From: a virus
Lineage: Duplodnaviria; Heunggongvirae; Uroviricota; Caudoviricetes
Length of the DNA stretch: 22,134 bases
Direction: 5' to 3' (one strand)
IMG/VR virus record: IMGVR_UViG_2671180864_000007
Part shown: piece by piece, positions 16,847 to 22,134 of the stretch
Position numbering within the stretch: position 1 is the first letter of the stretch
Layout: each line of letters begins with the position of its first letter
The notes under the pieces: generated by a model
Database searches by the model: none
Told to the model about the DNA's origin: nothing
The model's input: only the letters and a program-made list of their open reading frames with translations
Made by a program: the position numbers and the translations under genes

Positions 16847-19416
16847 CCACCGCTCCCTGATAACATACCGCCATCACGCAACTGCAGCCGGAGTTCATCC
16901 TGTGCCCCCTTGCGGGCCATCTCATACACCGCTTTCATCAGCTGCGGCCCTGCCCGCCCGTTGGGGCCGTCGTTCTGAATCACCACGTGATTGTTCTGAT
17001 TAAAATTAATGCCTTCCGCCCGCCGCATCTGCGCCGGACTTCCGGCACCGCCGACATAACCACCTTCCGCATAGCCCCGCATCAGGCGGTACAGATTGCC
17101 GACACCAATCCGGCTGGTCGCCTCCTTCGTGAAGACAAACTCCCCGCGATGAACAATCCCCGCAGGTTCATATTTACCCCCCGTCCCCGTAAATCCCCCG
17201 GTCGCGAAATGGAAGTTCGCCGCCGCAGCCTGAATGGCCGTCCCCGTGGAGGCAGACGCACCACCACCGAAAGCACCGCCAATGGCGCTGCCGATACTCC
17301 CGACTATCCCCACCATCGCCTGCTTCAGAAAAATCTCTGTCAGCATGGACAGCACAGAACGGGTGAAACCACGCCAGTTCTGTTCGCTGCCGATCAGCAT
17401 CGCTGCCATATTCTGTGCAATACCGTCAAAGGTCTGCGTGGCCGCGTTTTTAACCTGCGAAAAACTGTCCGTCGCACTTTCCGCCCACTCGCCCCAGCCG
17501 GACTTCATCCCGGCCATCCAGCTTCCACGAAGCTGCTCCTCCGCAGACCAGGTGTTCTTCAGTGCAGATGTGGCCTTCGCCAGCGCAGCCGGATTATCAC
17601 CGTACACCTCACGAAGGCGCTGCTCTTCCGACTCCCGCTGCGCCTGACGGTCGGTGAGTCCGCGGGCTTTTGCGCTGATTGCCGCCTGCTTCGCGCTCTG
17701 CTGCTGTTCAAACCGCGCCGCCTGCTGTGCCAGCTCATTCAGCCGTTTCTGGTGTTCAATCTTGTCGCCCAGCTCAGCCAGCTGGCGTTTGTACTCCAGC
17801 GTTTCTTTCTCATGGGCCAGCAGGGATTTTTCCTGCTCAGATAACTGCCGTTTCGTGGCGGCCTCTTTCAGGACCACATACTGATTTTCCGCTTTCCATA
17901 AATCACGGCGCTGCTGGCTGATTTTTTCATTCGCACCGCTGTGCTTCTCCAGCGTCCTGAGCTCAGTTTCAAGCGCCAGCAGGGCTGCATGCGCCTGGTC
18001 TTCCTGGCGCTCACCGGCAGACACCTTCACACCGGACGGCTTTTTCTGCGTCGACTCATAATCCTTTTTTGCCGACGCCATCAGCGTGTTGTAATCCGCC
18101 TGCAGGATTTTCCCGTCTTTCAGGGCCTTATTCAGCTCTTCCTGCCGGGCGGTATATTTCTCCAGTGGCGTCAGCAGGCGCTCATACGCCTTCTGCGCCT
18201 CTCCGGTATACTTCAGCTGTGACGACTCACGCTCAGCCCTGTCCCTTGCCGCCAGTTCACCGGCTTTTTCCATATCCGACTGCAGCGTTGCCGCTGCCAG
18301 ACCCAGACGGGCATTTTCCCGGTCATCCCATGCGCCCTGAAGGTTGGCCCGGAAAGAGGAGGTTTTACCGCGGCGCTGGCTCCGACTCTGGTACCACTGC
18401 CATTTTTTATCCGCCTCATCAAATGCCTTCTGCGCACTGGCGAGCATATCCGCTGAGGATTCCGGACGACCGATATCCAGAATGGCATCCCACATCGATT
18501 TGAATGCCTTCCCTGTTTTATCCGCCCAGGTCTCCAGTGTTCCCATGTTTTCTTTCAGGCGACGGGTCTGCTCATCAAAGCCTTTCGTGGCGATATCGTT
18601 CGCCGCCTGCAATGCCCCGGCCTCGTCTCCGGAACGCTGCAGCTGTGCAACATACGCAATCTGCTCTGCCGTCACGTTACGGAACTGGCGCGCCATCGCC
18701 ATCAGTCCCGACGTCGGGTCAGTGGTCAGCTTCCCGAAGGCTTCAGCGACTTTATCCACCTCCACACCGGATGCAGACGCAAAACGCGCGACACTCTGGT
18801 TGATGGCATCAAACTGTTCACCACCACGCACACCGGCATTCACCAGGGCTGCCAGTGACTCTCTCGCCTGGTTAAACGTCAGCCCTGCTGCCTGCCCGGC
18901 TCTTGAGAGAGTCAGCATACGATCGGCAGTCAGTCCGGACTGATTACCGGAAAGAACCAGGGTTTTATTAAACGCTGAAAGCGTGGAATCTCCCTGGTAC
19001 CAGGCGTACACCAGTGCACCTGTCGCCACCGCCAGCGAGGTGACCCCGACCATCGGCAGGGTGATCGCATCGGCAAGCCCCCTGAACATGGGGATCATCC
19101 CGCCGAAGGAGTCCTTCACCTGACCGCCCTGTTGCAGCAGGATCAGCCAGGGATTCTGACCACCGGCAAGCTGCGTGGCGATATCCGTAAACTGTGCGGG
19201 CAGGGTTCGCATGGCCGCTTTATACTGCCCGACGGAAATCCCGGCTTTTTGTGCAGCCAGCGCCTGGCGGCTCAGGCCCTGTTCAACAGCACTGGCGGTT
19301 TTTCTGGCGTCGGTATCCAGACCTGAAAAATGACGCCTTACCCGGCTCATCTGCTCATCGAAACGGACAGCATCCAGACTCAGGTCAATAACAAGATCAC
19401 CAACCGGCTGGGACAT
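16843..19416 (-). CDS. H: Tail tape measure protein H
   Basis: 857-aa ORF collinear with lambda H (853 aa as recalled): MSQPVGDLVIDLSLDAVRFDEQMSRVRRHF...; ATG at 19414-19416 preceded by GGGAGGTG; stop overlaps the M start. Confidence 0.93.
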   Translation of the reverse strand: MSQPVGDLVIDLSLDAVRFDEQMSRVRRHFSGLDTDARKTASAVEQGLSRQALAAQKAGISVGQYKAAMRTLPAQFTDIATQLAGGQNPWLILLQQGGQVKDSFGGMIPMFRGLADAITLPMVGVTSLAVATGALVYAWYQGDSTLSAFNKTLVLSGNQSGLTADRMLTLSRAGQAAGLTFNQARESLAALVNAGVRGGEQFDAINQSVARFASASGVEVDKVAEAFGKLTTDPTSGLMAMARQFRNVTAEQIAYVAQLQRSGDEAGALQAANDIATKGFDEQTRRLKENMGTLETWADKTGKAFKSMWDAILDIGRPESSADMLASAQKAFDEADKKWQWYQSRSQRRGKTSSFRANLQGAWDDRENARLGLAAATLQSDMEKAGELAARDRAERESSQLKYTGEAQKAYERLLTPLEKYTARQEELNKALKDGKILQADYNTLMASAKKDYESTQKKPSGVKVSAGERQEDQAHAALLALETELRTLEKHSGANEKISQQRRDLWKAENQYVVLKEAATKRQLSEQEKSLLAHEKETLEYKRQLAELGDKIEHQKRLNELAQQAARFEQQQSAKQAAISAKARGLTDRQAQRESEEQRLREVYGDNPAALAKATSALKNTWSAEEQLRGSWMAGMKSGWGEWAESATDSFSQVKNAATQTFDGIAQNMAAMLIGSEQNWRGFTRSVLSMLTEIFLKQAMVGIVGSIGSAIGGAFGGGASASTGTAIQAAAANFHFATGGFTGTGGKYEPAGIVHRGEFVFTKEATSRIGVGNLYRLMRGYAEGGYVGGAGSPAQMRRAEGINFNQNNHVVIQNDGPNGRAGPQLMKAVYEMARKGAQDELRLQLRDGGMLSGSGG

Positions 19417-20268
19417 ATCTCACACCTCCCGGAATCCCCGCTGAAGCCATCATTAATGCGGCATCATCCACCATGACATCCGCCACATCCGCAGACGATA
19501 AAATATCGCGCCCTCCGTCCCCACCGAACCGGACGCCTCCGGCAAGTCCTGCCGCTTTCTGCATCAGCATTTTGTCCTCATCCGGCCTCTCCACCTGCTC
19601 TTCCTCATGCCGGGGGACAAGCAGACTGAAATCAGAGGGATGCATATCCGGATCGCAAAAAAACAGGCTGAGTACAGCGTACGTCAGCCCGGAAAAATGC
19701 ATATCCAGCTGGGTATCCTGAAAATAATGCGTGCGGTAAAAACGGCGCCAGTCGGCATATTCGGTGGATGTCATCCCGGCAAGCATGGCGCGCCAGTCGG
19801 GTCTCCCCATCTCACGCGCCAGTCTGAGGGCAAAGTTCAGCTCGCCGTCGAAGACTTTCCCGCAGAAAAATCATCATCAGTCAGCGTGTTATTTTTCGCC
19901 ACTTCAGTAATATCAGTATCCGGACGAACAGCTTCGATCATCCCGGACAGGCACAACACCACGTCTTCCGCCCGGGCAATGGCATCGGCAGGCCAGGTGG
20001 TGAGCACTTCCTGCTCTATCTTCATCACGGCCTCATTCATTGACGGTGACTGCGTTTTCTGTGGATGGTTATGCCACAGGGACATCGCCACCAGAAACGC
20101 GCCGGTTCTGACGAGATCTTCCACGCTTACCTGCAGGTTGCCGCTGGATTCTGCCTGTTCTGCACGCCGTTTCAGGAGGGCAAGATGCTCGATACGCTGC
20201 AGCGCAGACAATTCGGAAAGCGTGACAGACACACCGTTATATTCAAATTGTTCTGTTTTCAGAAACAT
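19397..20268 (-). CDS. T: G-T fusion tail assembly chaperone made by programmed -1 ribosomal frameshift (G frame to 19855, then T frame to the stop at 19397-19399)
   Basis: The T-frame ORF (19397-19810 in the ORF track) is open upstream to the slip site and lies in the -1 frame relative to G (codon low coordinates 1 mod 3 to 2 mod 3). The heptamer GGGAAAG sits 17 nt before the G stop, as in lambda. Confidence 0.8.
19837..20268 (-). CDS. G: Tail assembly chaperone G
   Basis: 143-aa ORF MFLKTEQFEYNGVSVTLSELSALQRIEHLAL... matching lambda G; strong SD (GGAGGT) upstream; ends ...SAGKSSTAS with the GGA-AAG codons inside the slippery site. Confidence 0.9.
   Translation of the reverse strand: MFLKTEQFEYNGVSVTLSELSALQRIEHLALLKRRAEQAESSGNLQVSVEDLVRTGAFLVAMSLWHNHPQKTQSPSMNEAVMKIEQEVLTTWPADAIARAEDVVLCLSGMIEAVRPDTDITEVAKNNTLTDDDFSAGKSSTAS
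19855..19861 (-). other. Slippery heptanucleotide G GGA AAG for the G/G-T -1 programmed frameshift
   Basis: Forward sequence ctttccc at 19855-19861 is GGGAAAG on the minus strand; the zero frame reads GGA-AAG (Gly-Lys near the G C-terminus). Confidence 0.8.
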
Positions 20269-20281
20269 GTATTACCTCCGT

Positions 20282-21034
20282 TTACCCTGCAGCGCCCGCT
20301 TCAGTAACGGTGACTTCAGCCACTGCGGCGAACTGACCATTTCCGCTCACCACAGGGATCTGCACCTTACCTGTCGCCACGCCGTTTACCGTAATTGTCA
20401 TATCTTTCACACTAATGGTGGCTTTCGACGGATCGGCGGAAACCGCTCTGAACGTCTTGTCGGTTGCACTTTCCGGCTCAAAAGAAACCGTCAGGGTGGT
20501 TGTTTTCCCTTTTGCCACCGTACCGGATGTCGGCGTCACCTTAATCGCACTGACCGGCGTAATTTTGCTGCGTTCTTCCGCTACAGAAGGTTTACCCACG
20601 TTAGTGACTTTCACCGTGCGGGTGATCACTTCTTTCGCCGTCACGGCCTTACCGATACTGCTGACCCAGCCACGAAACACATCCACCGTGCCATTCGGAA
20701 AACGGATTTTATAGGCCCGGACATCGCCGCTTTCAAACCAGCCTATAAGCCCTTTCTGGCCTTCCTCTCCCGGTTTCCAGGCCAGCGTAAAACTGGTATC
20801 ACCTGCAGATTTCTGCCCCTGCCCGGTCGCGCTCCAGTCCGCGTCTTCATCATCCAGGTAGTTATCATCATAGGATTCAGCCGTCATCTCGCCCGGCGTC
20901 AGATCCTTCACCTTAGCCAGTCGCTGCCAGTCATCGTCTGACAACGGGTTTGCATAAGCATCAGCCTTGCCGTTGTAAACCCACAGAGTGGTACCGGCAC
21001 CTTTTACCGGCTCCAGGGGATTTGGTGTTGCCAT
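20282..21034 (-). CDS. V: Major tail tube protein V with C-terminal Ig-like (Big_2-type) domain
   Basis: 250-aa ORF; N-terminus ...[12 protein letters not shown]... and C-terminal ...[31 protein letters not shown] match lambda V. ATG at 20266-20268 preceded by GGAGGT. Confidence 0.92.
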   Translation of the reverse strand: MATPNPLEPVKGAGTTLWVYNGKADAYANPLSDDDWQRLAKVKDLTPGEMTAESYDDNYLDDEDADWSATGQGQKSAGDTSFTLAWKPGEEGQKGLIGWFESGDVRAYKIRFPNGTVDVFRGWVSSIGKAVTAKEVITRTVKVTNVGKPSVAEERSKITPVSAIKVTPTSGTVAKGKTTTLTVSFEPESATDKTFRAVSADPSKATISVKDMTITVNGVATGKVQIPVVSGNGQFAAVAEVTVTEAGAAG

Positions 21035-21041
21035 ATCGTCC

Positions 21042-21437
21042 TCACATCTCGTATGTAATGGAATAAGTCAGATCCGCAGAGCTCCATAACGCCATATCGT
21101 CATCACGACGATACTCATAGCCCTGCGTAACCATCGTGGTAATCAGTCCTGCCAGTGCAGGGATCGCAGTCATCGCCGGATAAATCCGGCTTTCCATCCA
21201 CTGATCGAGCTCCGAATCAGGTACCTGTGCCGGTAAAAACACCTCAATATGCAGTGTGGCCCGCCAGGTATCTGCATCCAGCTCTTCACCGGTATACTCT
21301 GCATCCGTCAGATAAACCGCGATCGCAGGAAAATCCTCTTCGTCAAAAACAACGGGGCGACCATCAAACAGCGTCGCCCCGTGTTCATGCTGCTCGAGTG
21401 CATCCAGCACTGCGGCACGAATGTCAGTGTGTTTCAT
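21042..21437 (-). CDS. U: Tail terminator (tail tube-head junction) protein U
   Basis: 131-aa ORF; sequence ([17 protein letters not shown]...[10 protein letters not shown]) is near-identical to lambda U as recalled, with the same length. Confidence 0.92.
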   Translation of the reverse strand: MKHTDIRAAVLDALEQHEHGATLFDGRPVVFDEEDFPAIAVYLTDAEYTGEELDADTWRATLHIEVFLPAQVPDSELDQWMESRIYPAMTAIPALAGLITTMVTQGYEYRRDDDMALWSSADLTYSITYEM

Positions 21438-22009
21438 CGTTTTATCGCAATCCTCAGTTGTTGTTTCAGCGCGTATGCCAGTTCTTTAGGCAGGCGTTCA
21501 CGCCGGATACGGTCAACATTCTCATCAAATGCCTGTTTCAGTGGGGCCGCCATCGGGATTTTCACCACCTGAATGGGAAGGCGATTACGCTTTTTCCTTC
21601 CCTTGTCGTCATTGCCCTCCTCATATCTGGCCTGGGGAAGACGTTGCATAACATGCCAGCGCCCATTATTTAATCGCTGGATAAATGCCCGCTGATAACG
21701 ATGCTGACCGGCTTTGAGTATGCTGTTCGGACGACGCCCCAGCATTCTGATCCCCAGCTTAATCACAGGGAGATCACCGCGGTTAACGATAATTCTGGCA
21801 TTCGGATTTCTGACCGTCGCCCGTTTCAGTCTGGACCGTTCCTTTACCAGTTTCCGTCTCACCCTGGTTTCCCGGGCAACCTGTGACGAAGACTGATTAA
21901 TCGCCGTTGTGGCCACGCGGTTAATGGTCATTGCAGAAGCAGCCGGAATGGCGTTTTTACGAACCCGGCTCAGATTGTCAATCGCCTGATCAAGCCCTTT
22001 TATCGCCAT
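21434..22009 (-). CDS. Z: Tail completion protein Z
   Basis: 191-aa ORF in the position of lambda Z between FII and U; ATG at 22007-22009; stop overlaps the U start (ATGA). Confidence 0.88.
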   Translation of the reverse strand: MAIKGLDQAIDNLSRVRKNAIPAASAMTINRVATTAINQSSSQVARETRVRRKLVKERSRLKRATVRNPNARIIVNRGDLPVIKLGIRMLGRRPNSILKAGQHRYQRAFIQRLNNGRWHVMQRLPQARYEEGNDDKGRKKRNRLPIQVVKIPMAAPLKQAFDENVDRIRRERLPKELAYALKQQLRIAIKR

Positions 22010-22023
22010 AATTCACCCTGCGT

Positions 22024-22134
22024 TTATCGTCGCCGGTTAACTGCGGGTGGTTGCCCACGGTTGAGCCAGAGATAACAGCTGCCCCCGTCATCCGGAGATG
22101 TCAGCGCCAGTGATATAAGACGGTAATTCGCCAT
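22024..22134 (-). CDS. FII: Head-tail joining protein FII-like, C-terminal end only (5' end lies beyond the window)
   Basis: Minus-strand reading from the window edge gives ...SPDDGGSCYLWLNRGQPPAVNRRR then TAA at 22024-22026, matching the lambda FII C-terminus as recalled. The Z start follows 15 nt downstream. Confidence 0.7.
   Translation of the reverse strand: MANYRLISLALTSPDDGGSCYLWLNRGQPPAVNRRR

Noticed and set aside
15729-17844. Plus-strand ORFs (245 aa, 285 aa and others) antisense to L, K and H
   Set aside because: Same reasoning: shadows of minus-strand genes.
19607-20941. 444-aa plus-strand ORF antisense to V, G and T
   Set aside because: Lies entirely antisense to well-supported tail genes in GC-rich DNA, with no recognisable motifs or start context; long antisense ORFs are expected by chance at this composition.
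1-22134. An embedded anti-phage defence or other novel multi-gene system
   Set aside because: Every ORF of meaningful length is accounted for by lambda tail-module genes or their antisense or frame-shifted shadows; the only unassigned DNA (1-797 and 14144-14486) is too short and ORF-poor to encode a protein system, so only small-RNA or regulatory hypotheses remain.

Overview
The window is the tail-morphogenesis (late) module of a lambda-like siphovirus or prophage in an enterobacterial background, and I see no sequence-supported novel multi-gene system in it. Every gene is on the minus strand in canonical lambda order: FII (3' end only) - Z - U - V - G - G-T (with the GGGAAAG -1 frameshift site) - H - M - L - K - I - J - lom - stf - tfa. 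Gene calls rest on ORF-track translations matched to lambda proteins from memory; no database search was run. The region below about 10.6 kb is not a clean locus: it holds N runs at about 3889-3899, 5048-5059 and 9917-9927 plus a single N at 6527, each sitting at the edge of near-identical repeats (three stf 5' ends, three lom copies, two J 3' ends). Copy number and order there are therefore unreliable and probably reflect collapsed or scaffolded repeats from more than one prophage. The sequence least explained by lambda synteny is (i) an AT-rich spacer of about 340 bp between I and J carrying two terminator hairpins and a promoter-like -10, (ii) J interrupted by an in-frame UGA and a frame change, (iii) two alternative J C-terminal domains and a mosaic stf, and (iv) an AT-rich, ORF-poor flank at 1-797.
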